Shown: piece after piece, positions 28,570 to 37,495 of the stretch
Layout of the letters: the number at the start of each line of letters is the position of its first letter
Numbering within the stretch: the stretch's first letter is position 1
Assembly (NCBI GenBank): GCA_963783375.1
Contig: CAWANH010000028.1
Coordinates: 832,001-896,000, forward strand
Direction: 5' to 3'
Origin: Candidatus Eiseniibacteriota bacterium
GTDB taxonomy: Bacteria; Eisenbacteria; RBG-16-71-46; JABDJR01
DNA length: 64,000 nt
The notes under the pieces: model-generated
Seen by the model: the letters and a program-made list of their open reading frames with translations, nothing else
Told to the model about the DNA's origin: nothing
The model's database searches: none
Made by a program: the position numbers and the translations under genes

Positions 28570-30252
28570 ACGCGCACCGCAAACCGACGATTCATCACCA
28601 CCGCTCTCGGCGTTCTCCCGGCCGCCGTGCTGGCGATCGGGAACGCGGGGGGAGAGCCGGGCAGGATCACCGCCGGCAGCTCGAGCGCGCTCTCCCTTCC
28701 CGGCATGGTCTCGGTCAAGGACGGCGATTTTCTCGCGGACGGTCAATCGATCCACTTCGCCGGCACGAACTGCTACTACCTCATGGTTTTCGCCGCCGAC
28801 CCGGCGCTTCGCCCCCAGGTGGACGAGGTTCTCGAGGAGTCGGCGGCCATGGGCCTCACGGTGATCCGCACCTGGGCTTTCAACGACGGAACCGGCTGGA
28901 ACGCTCTTCAGACCGCGCCGGGGGTCTACGACGAGACCGTGTTCCAGGGGCTGGATTACGTGCTCGACCGGTGCGACCGGCTCGGGCTTCGGGTCGTGCT
29001 TCCCCTGGTCAACAACTGGGTCGACTACGGGGGCATGGACCAGTACGTGGCATGGAGTTCCACCGCGGCCTACCACGACGCCTTCTATACGGACTCCGAC
29101 TGCCGAACCTGGTACCTGAACCACGCCGCGGCGGTCATCAACCGGGTGAACACCGTGAACGGCCGCCTCTATCGCGACGATCCCACCGTCTTCGCCTGGG
29201 AGCTGGCCAACGAGCCGCGCTGCCCCTCGGACCGGAGCGGGACCACGCTGGCCACGTGGATCGCGGACATGAGCGCCTCGATCCGGGCTCTGGACCCCAA
29301 CCACCTCATCACCAGCGGCGTCGAGGGGTTCTACGACGATCCCTCCGGCCCCTGGTACCTGAACGGCTGGGAAGGGGTCGATTTTGTGAGGGACCACCAG
29401 GCTCCGGACATCGATTACGCGGTGGCCCACAGCTGGCCGGACAACTGGGGCTTGGGGTTCTCCGCGGTCATGGCCCTCGTCTCCCGGCAGATCGGGGACG
29501 CGGCCGGCGTGCTGGGAAAACCCTTCGTGTTGGAGGAATTCGGCAAGGCTCGTGACGCCGCGTCTCCGGCGGCCGTGAACCACTTCGACCCGAACACCTG
29601 GTTCTCCCCGGAAGTGGAGCCCTACACGGTGCGTGGCGCGGCCCCGGTCCGGGTGGATCCGGCCCGGCGGGCCCGGCTCTACACCTCCGGCGATCGTCCC
29701 GGGTCCGGGGCTCGCCTCCCGGAGGCTCCGGTTAGGGTATCCTCGTCCACGTCGACCCGGGACGCCTTCTTCTCCGCGTGGTTCGACAGTCTGCTCGCCA
29801 ACCGCTCCGGGGGGTCCACCTACTGGATCGCCTACGACGACGCCTATCCCGACTACGACGGATACGGGGTCTACTATCCGGCCGACTCCTCCACGGTGAG
29901 CCTGATCGAGGCCCACGCCCAGGCCATGGCGGCGCTCACCGAGAGCACCGGAATCCTGGACCCCGACCGGCCGGGGCCCCGCCGTCTCGCGGGCTATCCG
30001 AACCCCTTCCGGCGGTCGGTCAATCTGGCTTTCGATCTCGCGGAAGGGGAGGGAGAGGTTCGTATAGACGTGATCGACGTGGCGGGACGTCGACTGCGCA
30101 CCCTGATCGACGGCCCGGTCGGCCCGGGACCGCTGGTGATCGCCTGGGACGGAAGTACGGATTCCGGGGGGAGGGCCGCGGCCGGAGTCTATCTGGTTCG
30201 TCTCCGGACCTCCCGGGAATCCACGGCCACTCGTGTCGTGCTGACCCGCTGA
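28570..30252 (+). CDS. GH5 glycoside hydrolase (endo-beta-1,4-mannanase-like) with FlgD-like CTD
   Basis: GTNCYYL, IRTWAF, NNWVDYGGMDQY, WELANEPRC (acid/base), LEEFG (nucleophile), PNPF CTD; in-frame signal peptide begins at an ACG at 28570 (first canonical start is GTG 28627). Confidence 0.9.
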   Translation, partial: TRTANRRFITTALGVLPAAVLAIGNAGGEPGRITAGSSSALSLPGMVSVKDGDFLADGQSIHFAGTNCYYLMVFAADPALRPQVDEVLEESAAMGLTVIRTWAFNDGTGWNALQTAPGVYDETVFQGLDYVLDRCDRLGLRVVLPLVNNWVDYGGMDQYVAWSSTAAYHDAFYTDSDCRTWYLNHAAAVINRVNTVNGRLYRDDPTVFAWELANEPRCPSDRSGTTLATWIADMSASIRALDPNHLITSGVEGFYDDPSGPWYLNGWEGVDFVRDHQAPDIDYAVAHSWPDNWGLGFSAVMALVSRQIGDAAGVLGKPFVLEEFGKARDAASPAAVNHFDPNTWFSPEVEPYTVRGAAPVRVDPARRARLYTSGDRPGSGARLPEAPVRVSSSTSTRDAFFSAWFDSLLANRSGGSTYWIAYDDAYPDYDGYGVYYPADSSTVSLIEAHAQAMAALTESTGILDPDRPGPRRLAGYPNPFRRSVNLAFDLAEGEGEVRIDVIDVAGRRLRTLIDGPVGPGPLVIAWDGSTDSGGRAAAGVYLVRLRTSRESTATRVVLTR

Positions 30253-30297
30253 CCACGGGGAGAAAACCGAGCTTTGAACTCGAAAATGAGGCCAACC

Positions 30298-31122
30298 ATG
30301 AAAAGACACAACATCAAGCCTCCTGGTCTTCGGAACATCCTTGCGCTGGGTCTTCTCCTGATCGGCGCCCCCGCCTTCGGTCAGGGCATTCACGTGGATC
30401 TGCTTCCCGCTGCACCGACGGTCAGCCAGGGGGATACCTTCGATCTCGAGATGACGGTGGCCGCTCCCAGCGACAGCTTCAACGCGTTCGATGCCACCCT
30501 CACCTTCGACGACAGCCTCCTGACCTTCATCCCCCTGAGCACATCCGTGCGCGAGGGGCCGCTCATGACGTCCGCGTGCTCGAACCGCTTTCGTATCTTC
30601 AGCCAGCAGGGAGGCGACATCAGCCTCACCCTCGGTCTCTTGTGCGCCGGCGTGAAGGTGGCCGGTCCGGGGGTGATCTTCCGGTTCCGCTTCCAGGCGG
30701 CGGTGCCCGGTCCGGTGCAAACCGCGGTCAGAATCACCTCGCTGCGGTTCGCCGACGCCGGTATCTACGTGAACCCGGTGACCTCCAGCGATGCGACGGT
30801 GACCATCGGAAGCACGACCGGATTGCCGGACGGGGGATATCCCGTTCGCCCGGAGCTCCGTGCGGCCCCCAACCCCTTCCGGACTGCTACGGAGATCGTC
30901 TTCACTCCCCGGGTCGACGGTCCGGTGCGGATCGAGATCTTCGCGGTGGACGGGCGGAGGGTCCGCACCCTTCTCGATGGGCCGGCGCTCGCGGGTACCG
31001 AGGTGCGGGCCGCATGGGACGGTCGTTCAGATGGGGGGGCTGCCGCTCCGGCCGGGGTCTACTTCGCCTCGGTCGCGAGTCCGGAGGGGCGCTCGGCCGC
31101 CCGGGTAGTGCTCCTGCGTTGA
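30298..31122 (+). CDS. Secreted cohesin-like domain protein with FlgD-like CTD
   Basis: GDTFDLEMTV...FNAFDATLTFD...EGPLM...GPGVIFRFRF; APNPF...WDGRS...AGVY. Confidence 0.85.
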   Translation: MKRHNIKPPGLRNILALGLLLIGAPAFGQGIHVDLLPAAPTVSQGDTFDLEMTVAAPSDSFNAFDATLTFDDSLLTFIPLSTSVREGPLMTSACSNRFRIFSQQGGDISLTLGLLCAGVKVAGPGVIFRFRFQAAVPGPVQTAVRITSLRFADAGIYVNPVTSSDATVTIGSTTGLPDGGYPVRPELRAAPNPFRTATEIVFTPRVDGPVRIEIFAVDGRRVRTLLDGPALAGTEVRAAWDGRSDGGAAAPAGVYFASVASPEGRSAARVVLLR

Positions 31123-31203
31123 GACCGCGGGGAATCAGGCGCCAGGACCCGTATACCCATTAACTTGTTGTTTTCCAAGGGATAACACGGGCAAAGATTT
31201 TTC

Positions 31204-31231
31204 TTGCCCCCTCAAACTACAAGTGTAAAAT
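31204..31231 (+). promoter_or_regulatory. Promoter with BlaI/MecI/CopY-type operator
   Basis: TTGCCC-N16-TAAAAT overlapped by TACA-AG-TGTA (31218-31227). Confidence 0.75.
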
Positions 31232-31285
31232 TAGAAGTGTTTGAACCTTTATCCCCTCGGTTTCGTCCTTAACAGCGGAAGACCC

Positions 31286-31690
31286 ATGAAGCAGACACCT
31301 CACCTGAGCGATCTTCAGCTCGTCATCATGCGCTCGCTCTGGGAGCGTGCCGAGGCCACGGTGGCCCAGGTCCACGCGGACCTCCACGCCGAGCGGGGCC
31401 TGGCCCCCACCACGGTGGCCACCCTTCTCTCGCGCATGGAGAAGCGGGGCCTGGTGGATCATCGCACCGAAGGACGGCAGTTCGTCTATCGGGCGCTGGT
31501 GAACGAGCAGGAGGTGCGGCGGTCGATGGTTTCCGAGCTCACCGATCTCCTTTTCGAGGGGGACCCGGCCGAGCTGGTGAACCACCTTCTCGCCGCCCGG
31601 GACTTCGGTGAGGATGATCTGGCTAGGGTGAAGGCGCTTCTCTCCGAGAAGGAACGAAGATCCGAGGGGGACGGTGATGACTCCGACTGA
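31286..31690 (+). CDS. BlaI/MecI/CopY family repressor
   Basis: LSDLQLVIMRSLW...LAPTTVATLLSRMEKRG...FVY. Confidence 0.93.
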   Translation: MKQTPHLSDLQLVIMRSLWERAEATVAQVHADLHAERGLAPTTVATLLSRMEKRGLVDHRTEGRQFVYRALVNEQEVRRSMVSELTDLLFEGDPAELVNHLLAARDFGEDDLARVKALLSEKERRSEGDGDDSD

Positions 31691-33482
31691 CGCGCCCGGG
31701 GGACTCCTGGCCGCCTGGCTTCTCACCTACGCGATCCACAGCACCATCCTCCTGGGAACGGCGTGGCTCGTCGTCCGCTTTGCCCGGACCACCCTGGCGC
31801 TCCGGGACGTCCTCTGGAAGACCGCCCTCCTGGGGGCCCTGGTCACCGCGAGCTGGCAGCTCGCGATCCCCGGGGCCGGACCGTGGGGGAGCCGCTGGTC
31901 TCTGTCCCAGCGCGATGTCGCCGCCGCGGCGGCCCCCTCCTATCGTCTGGTTCCCGGCGGCTTCGTGGTGAACACCGACGGGGCCGCCAGCGTGCCCGCG
32001 GCCGTCTCCGCGGGGGCGGCCCGCGCCGCCGCTACGGAGGGTCCGGCCGCCGGTGCCGGGGCGCTCGCCACGGTCCACGCCGGGTGGCGGGCGGTTTCAC
32101 CGTTTCTCCCCCTGGTCTTGGTATGGCTCTGGATCCTGGGCGCAGGCCTCTCCCTCTTCCGGCTCGGTCTCGCCAAGGTCCGCCTCCATCACCTGCTCCG
32201 CGGCCGCCGGCCGCTGACCGGCGGGCCCCTTCCCGAGCGCCTGGATCGACTTCGCCGAAGCGCCGGCATCCGCCGTCCGGTTCGCCTCACCGTTTCCGAG
32301 CGCATCCCGGGGCCGGTGGCGCTCGGGCGATCCGAGATCTGCCTCCCCGGGCGGGCGCTGACCGACCTCGATCCGGTCCATCAGGAAAGCGTGCTCGCCC
32401 ACGAGCTGGGGCACCTGGCCCGGCGCGATCCGGCATGGCTGGTGGCCACGGCCACTATGGAAGCGATCTTCTTCTTCCAGCCCTTGAACCGGCTGGCCCG
32501 CCGTTCCCTCCGCGAGACGGCGGAGTTCCTCTGCGACGACTGGGCGGTGACCCACACCGGTCGGAGTCTCACCCTCGCCCGGTGCCTGGCCGAGGTGGCG
32601 GGCTGGATCCACGCCCCGGCGCGCCCGGCCCTGGCTTCAGCCATGGCCGAGGGGGGCTCGCCCCTGGTGCGGCGGATCGAACGACTCCTGGAGGACGACC
32701 CAGGCCGGGCGGATCGCCTTCGGGGCTGGACCTGGGCCGGGGTGGGAGCCATGGTGGCCCTGACCGCGGCGATCGCCCCCGGGGTGACCGCGGGCCGCCG
32801 GGCCCCGGTGATCGCCTCTCCCGAGGCCTCGTTCTATCCGGCCGCCGCCACCGCGTTTCAGCCCGCGGTGAGCGTGTCGGTGGAGCCGAGCGCCCCCCGC
32901 GTCATCTTTTTCCCCGGCCCGCCCCCCGCGGGAAGCGCGGCCCCGCCCGCCGGATCCGTGCCCCGGGCGGTGTTCCTGCCGCATGCTCGGGGGCGGATCC
33001 ACATCGAGGCTCCGACGCCCGACGGACGGGTGTTCGCTTTCAGCCCGGACGAACCGGAACCCCCCCTGCCCGTCGCGCCACCCGACCCGGTCTCGGCACA
33101 AACGTGGGTCGTACAACTCGGCGACCACGTGCAGATCGACCTCGATCCCCTGCTCGCCGCGCTGGCGGATTCACCGGAAGCCCGAGCCCGGATGGACGCC
33201 CTTCAGGACGAGCTTCGCGGAAAGCTCGGATCCAACATGGAGGACCTCGACCGTTTCTGTCGCGAGCATCTTGGCCCGCAGCTCGAGCAACTGAACCGCG
33301 AGCTGGATCCGGCCACGCGGGCGAAGCTGCTCGACCTCAAGGCCCGACTGATCCGGGAGCAGATCCGGCTCGACTCGGAGCGGCGCCAAGTGCTCCGCAA
33401 GAACGCGCGCATGGCCGAACAGGCGGCGCGCGAGGCGCGGGAATCGATGATCCGGTCGCGACCCAACCGGTCCACGATCTAG
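31677..33482 (+). CDS. M56 family (BlaR1-like) membrane metallopeptidase
   Basis: TM helices, LAHELGHLARRD, FFQPL, EFLCD, LVRRIERLL; Pro-rich and coiled-coil C-terminus. Confidence 0.92.
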   Translation: MTPTDAPGGLLAAWLLTYAIHSTILLGTAWLVVRFARTTLALRDVLWKTALLGALVTASWQLAIPGAGPWGSRWSLSQRDVAAAAAPSYRLVPGGFVVNTDGAASVPAAVSAGAARAAATEGPAAGAGALATVHAGWRAVSPFLPLVLVWLWILGAGLSLFRLGLAKVRLHHLLRGRRPLTGGPLPERLDRLRRSAGIRRPVRLTVSERIPGPVALGRSEICLPGRALTDLDPVHQESVLAHELGHLARRDPAWLVATATMEAIFFFQPLNRLARRSLRETAEFLCDDWAVTHTGRSLTLARCLAEVAGWIHAPARPALASAMAEGGSPLVRRIERLLEDDPGRADRLRGWTWAGVGAMVALTAAIAPGVTAGRRAPVIASPEASFYPAAATAFQPAVSVSVEPSAPRVIFFPGPPPAGSAAPPAGSVPRAVFLPHARGRIHIEAPTPDGRVFAFSPDEPEPPLPVAPPDPVSAQTWVVQLGDHVQIDLDPLLAALADSPEARARMDALQDELRGKLGSNMEDLDRFCREHLGPQLEQLNRELDPATRAKLLDLKARLIREQIRLDSERRQVLRKNARMAEQAAREARESMIRSRPNRSTI

Positions 33483-33493
33483 CCCGCCGCCGG

Positions 33494-34042
33494 TCAGCCC
33501 GGAAATCCCTCCAGGAGCGGCCCAAGCCGCCGGGCCCTCGGGGCCAGCCGGTAGGACGTCCGGGGCGGGTAGCCGTTCACCACCACCCGCTCCACCAACC
33601 CGTCCTTCTCCAGGGTCTTCAGCGTCAGGGCCAGCGCCCGCGGGGTGACCTCGGGGAAGCGCGCGCGAAGTTCGGAGAACCGGCACGGTCCGCCCCGGAT
33701 GACGAACGCCACCGGGAGCGACCACTTGCGAAGCGCGGCGTTCTCCGCCCGGAGCGCGCGGAGGACCCCCATGAGCCGGACGCACCAGGGGGCCACGCGC
33801 CGGCCGGCGGCGGTCAGCACGTACTCGGGGCGCATGGGGTGGCCGTAGCCGGGGTTTCGCATCACCCACCCGGTCTCGATCAGCCAGGCCAGGGTGCGCC
33901 GGAGCGAATCGCGGCTCATCCCCAACCGGTTGGCCAGGGTCACGAACCGGCTCCCCCCGCCGCGGTGGATCTCCGCCAGCACCGGGGCCGCCCAGCGATA
34001 GTGGACCAGGGCGAGGAGCCGCCCCGGCGGTCGTCCCGTCAT
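33494..34042 (-). CDS. Tandem HxlR-type winged-helix regulator
   Basis: Two repeats: RWAAPVL...RPEYVLT and KWSLPV...RFSEL...PPRTSYRL. Confidence 0.8.
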   Translation of the reverse strand: MTGRPPGRLLALVHYRWAAPVLAEIHRGGGSRFVTLANRLGMSRDSLRRTLAWLIETGWVMRNPGYGHPMRPEYVLTAAGRRVAPWCVRLMGVLRALRAENAALRKWSLPVAFVIRGGPCRFSELRARFPEVTPRALALTLKTLEKDGLVERVVVNGYPPRTSYRLAPRARRLGPLLEGFPG

Positions 34043-34124
34043 GTTGCCTTTCGTGATCGTCGCGCCCGGGACCCGGACCGGCGCGTGAAGGTCCCGGACG
34101 CCCCGTCCATTGCCCCGGACGCTC

Positions 34125-34153
34125 TTGACACCCGTGAGTAGACTAAGTATACT
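34125..34153 (+). promoter_or_regulatory. Sigma-70 promoter of VOC gene
   Basis: TTGACA-N17-TATACT, with the -10 inside palindrome AAGTATACTT. Confidence 0.8.
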
Positions 34154-34233
34154 TTCAGAACCCAAGACGGTCAACCTCGGTCTCCACCCCAACCCGGGTC
34201 CGTGATTCGATCGGATCCGCCAAGGAGGTTCGC

Positions 34234-34617
34234 ATGGCCTCGACGCTCGACTACAACCGCACCCTGACCTGCGCCATCGCCGTGGGTAGCCTGAAGCAGG
34301 CTCTGGATTGGTACCAGAGCGTGCTGGGTTTCGAGATCGACTACCGGCTGGACGAGATGGGGTGGGCGGAGCTCAGCACTCCGGTCCCCGGTGTGACCGT
34401 GGGTCTGAGCGAGGTGGAGAATCCCCAGGTGAAGGGCGGCGCCACCCTGGTCTTCGGGGTCCGCGACATCGAGGCGGCCAAGCAGCAGCTGGAAACCCGA
34501 AAGGTGCGGTTCGACGGGGACATCATGACCATCGAGGGCATGGTGAAGCTGGCTACCTTCTACGACCCTGACGGGAACAAGTTCATGCTCTCCCAGTCGC
34601 TCGTGAACCCGGCCTAG
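34234..34617 (+). CDS. VOC/glyoxalase family protein
   Basis: ALDWYQSVLGF...FYDPDGN; AAGGAGG SD. Confidence 0.92.
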   Translation: MASTLDYNRTLTCAIAVGSLKQALDWYQSVLGFEIDYRLDEMGWAELSTPVPGVTVGLSEVENPQVKGGATLVFGVRDIEAAKQQLETRKVRFDGDIMTIEGMVKLATFYDPDGNKFMLSQSLVNPA

Positions 34618-34648
34618 ACCGGCGATCCGGGACCCCGGTCAAGGCGGT

Positions 34649-35323
34649 CTAACCCGATGATTCCTCTTCCGCGTTGACCAGATCCTTCTCCAGGCGCGAC
34701 CAGGTCGCCGAGTCGAGGAGCTCATGGGCCAGGTTCCTGAGCGTGGTGAAGGTCTCCGAGGGCGCATTCGCCTTCATGGTCCGGAGCAACTCCAGCCGCT
34801 CGACATGACTGATCACCGGCACGATCTGGGTGAACTCGCGGATCTGCTCCGCGGCGGACCGGGAGGCCAGGAACCGCTGGATCCCGGAGCGGATCTCCTC
34901 TTCCGAGTACCTGGACCAGACGAGCGGCATGGCCACCGTCTCCTCGAGATCGACGTGATCGAGGTAACTGGCGATGAACCGGTTGAAGGCACGGTAGAGA
35001 TCGGCCCACTCCTCCCCGGAGCCGCCGGACTCGAACCGGTCCAGCGCGTTGTCGAGGTGCTCCATCAACAACTCGAGTTGATGGTGCTGGGTGGCCAGTC
35101 GGACGGAAACCGCGGGGTCGGCGGCGTCGATCCATGGATGGATGAACGCGTCCTCCTGGCGGCTGTGGACCCGGATATCCCCCAGAATCTCCCGGGTTTC
35201 CAGGACCAGCTCGCGGATTTCCGCCTCGTCCCCCGCCCCGAGCCTCCCCGCCCGCCGGGACACTTCGAAGAGACGGGCGCGCTGGCTCTTGTGAATGTTG
35301 GCGTAGAAGTCGATCCGGGCCAT
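34649..35323 (-). CDS. Hemerythrin-like domain protein
   Basis: IHK, HSRQED, QHHQL, HVDLEE metal-ligand pattern. Confidence 0.8.
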   Translation of the reverse strand: MARIDFYANIHKSQRARLFEVSRRAGRLGAGDEAEIRELVLETREILGDIRVHSRQEDAFIHPWIDAADPAVSVRLATQHHQLELLMEHLDNALDRFESGGSGEEWADLYRAFNRFIASYLDHVDLEETVAMPLVWSRYSEEEIRSGIQRFLASRSAAEQIREFTQIVPVISHVERLELLRTMKANAPSETFTTLRNLAHELLDSATWSRLEKDLVNAEEESSG

Positions 35324-35484
35324 CGGGGTACGGTTCCTTTCAAGTAGTCTCCGGGAGGGGAGATGGATTCTGACCAAGTTCCCATGGGGAGTCCAGATGA
35401 AACGGCGACGCCCGGCTCGGAACGAACCGGGCGCCACTCCACGGCGCGGCGTCCCCCCGCCGGCCGGGGGGGAGACCTCCGCGA

Positions 35485-36465
35485 TCAGGTGTTCCCGCGG
35501 CCCTCGTCCAGGCTCTGGACCCAGGCGTCGTCCCAGTTGATCTCGACCACCGAATAGGGATAGGGATCCCCCTCGATCTTCTCGATGCTGATGGCCCCCT
35601 TGGCCTGGAGGTCCTCGACCATGCGTTTTCTGCCCCGGTTGTCGAGATAGGGGAAGCGGTCGTTCAGCATGCGCAGGAACGGGGTCAGCCACACCTTCCT
35701 CTCGCCGTACTGATAGAAGGCATTCAGGAGTTCTTCCATGCAGAGCTTGAGGTCTTCGTCGTTGATGGGGAGATCCGTAGCCGGCTCCGAGCCCTCGTCG
35801 CCTTCCTCCTCGTCCGCTTCGACCGTGGGACGGGAAAAGGAGCGCCGCTCGCTGCCGCCGCCGTTGGTGGCCGGGGCCTCGTAGGGAAGCAGGTAGTCGG
35901 CGTTGATGTAGTTCTCCTCCCCGACGATCTGGCGAAGATCCCCGCTGGTCGACTTTCCGAACCCCACCACGATCACCCGCTTCAGGTGCTCGTGGAGGCG
36001 GCGGACCACGGGGAGGAAGTCCCGATCCCCCCCCACGATCACGAACATGTCGAGTTCGGGGCGGGTGAGCAGCATCTCGACCGCGTCGATGGAGAGCAGG
36101 ATTTCGGATGAGCCCCGGTGCTTGGTGCCCAGCATGAAGCGCGGTTCGAAAGCCAGGAGCTGGAGCTGGGTCATCACGTCGCTGCCCAGGCGATCGAAGT
36201 CGGCGTAGGACCGGCCGATGGCCATGACCCCGCTATACTTTTCCCGGAGGCGACCCCGCAGATTCGAGAGCAGCTCGATCCCTTCGTCCAGGGCCTGATC
36301 ATCCACCGCGGTTTCGTCGATGGGCTCCGCGTCCAGGGCGGCGTCGTTCGACAGGGTGTAGTAGATATTCTCGAAATCGACCAAGACGGCACAGTGACGC
36401 AACCGTTTGCTTTGCGGAATCCGGGGCCTGCGCGATGCCCGCTTATCCTGGTACTCTTTCAGCAT
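35485..36465 (-). CDS. NYN (LabA/DUF88 PIN-like) domain protein
   Basis: VLVDFENI, SIDA, GGDRDFLPVV, VIVVG; ATG abuts the boxR stop. Confidence 0.88.
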   Translation of the reverse strand: MLKEYQDKRASRRPRIPQSKRLRHCAVLVDFENIYYTLSNDAALDAEPIDETAVDDQALDEGIELLSNLRGRLREKYSGVMAIGRSYADFDRLGSDVMTQLQLLAFEPRFMLGTKHRGSSEILLSIDAVEMLLTRPELDMFVIVGGDRDFLPVVRRLHEHLKRVIVVGFGKSTSGDLRQIVGEENYINADYLLPYEAPATNGGGSERRSFSRPTVEADEEEGDEGSEPATDLPINDEDLKLCMEELLNAFYQYGERKVWLTPFLRMLNDRFPYLDNRGRKRMVEDLQAKGAISIEKIEGDPYPYSVVEINWDDAWVQSLDEGRGNT

Positions 36466-37293
36466 TTAATTCTCCTGACCGGTGTGTTTTGACGTGGTGT
36501 TGGTTCGTTCGTTCAGGGTGTTGTCGGTCTCTTCGGTCAAGGCCGTCGCGATGGTCTCGACCACCTCGGCGACCGACTTGTCCGAGGTCTCGGCGGTAAA
36601 GTCAGCGCCCGCATAAAGCGGGATCCGGTGGGTCCACAGCCGTTCGAGTTCGGCCATGGCGTCGGGGCGGTCGGCCATGGGGCGCCGGTCTCCCTGGGCC
36701 ATGACCCGACTCCAGTGATCCCGGGGCATGGCCTTGAGCCACACCGTGCAGGCCCGCCGGCGGAGGAAGGCAAAGGTGTCCGGGTCGGTGACCAGCCCTC
36801 CCCCGGTCGCGATCACCAGGCGCTCGGATCGGGAGAGGAGCCGGGCCAGCACCTCCCGCTCCAGCCGCCGGAAATAGGTCCCTCCCTGGAGTTCGAAGAT
36901 CTGCCCCAGGGGCATTCCCGCCTCCTCTTCCACAAGCTCGTCCAGCTCGACGAACGCCACCCCCAGGCGCTGGGCCAAGAGCTTTCCCACCGTGCTCTTC
37001 CCCGCTCCCCGCATCCCGATCAACGCCACCGGCCGGTCCGCCTGGCTCTCCGCCCGCTCGACCAGGTCGGCGACGCTCACCCCCAGGGCCCCGGCCACCC
37101 GGCGGAGTTTCAGGTAGGAGATGTTCCCCCGGCCGGCCTCGAGCTGGGCCAGGAATCGGAGGCTCAGGCCGGCCCGCTCGGCCAGATCGGCCCGGGAGGT
37201 CCCCAGCCCGGCGCGAAGAGAGCGCACCGCGTGGCCCAGGCGTTCCAGGGCCCGGGCGGCCTGGGAGTCGGAGAGGGTGGATGAATCCATCAT
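36466..37293 (-). CDS. boxR: BoxR/BzdR-type regulator (XRE HTH plus shikimate-kinase-like domain)
   Basis: LSLRFLAQLEAGRGNIS HTH plus ALIGMRGAGKSTVG...RVMAQGDRRPM; divergent from boxC. Confidence 0.88.
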   Translation of the reverse strand: MMDSSTLSDSQAARALERLGHAVRSLRAGLGTSRADLAERAGLSLRFLAQLEAGRGNISYLKLRRVAGALGVSVADLVERAESQADRPVALIGMRGAGKSTVGKLLAQRLGVAFVELDELVEEEAGMPLGQIFELQGGTYFRRLEREVLARLLSRSERLVIATGGGLVTDPDTFAFLRRRACTVWLKAMPRDHWSRVMAQGDRRPMADRPDAMAELERLWTHRIPLYAGADFTAETSDKSVAEVVETIATALTEETDNTLNERTNTTSKHTGQEN

Positions 37294-37296
37294 TTC

Positions 37297-37312
37297 ATGC
37301 ATTATAGTGCAT
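37297..37312. promoter_or_regulatory. BoxR/BzdR-type operator (TGCA-N6-TGCA)
   Basis: ATGCATTATAGTGCAT near-palindrome; weaker copy ATGCAAAATACTGCT at 37342-37356. Confidence 0.7.
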
Positions 37313-37495
37313 AACAAGGGTTGACCGAAACCGGTACTTCGATGCAAAATACTGCTGTTGCTCTGTCAGAACTCAGGCGGAAGCCTACCGGGTGGGTGGC
37401 CCGCTTGTCCAGTGGCCGCCGGACCCGGTCCCTACCGCGAAACCATAATCCCGATCGGAATCGTCGTCTTCTCCGCATCGCTCATGAGGTGATCC

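Noticed and set aside
36466-37293. Calling this gene shikimate kinase aroK
   Set aside because: N-terminal XRE HTH and position divergent from boxC indicate a BoxR/BzdR regulator
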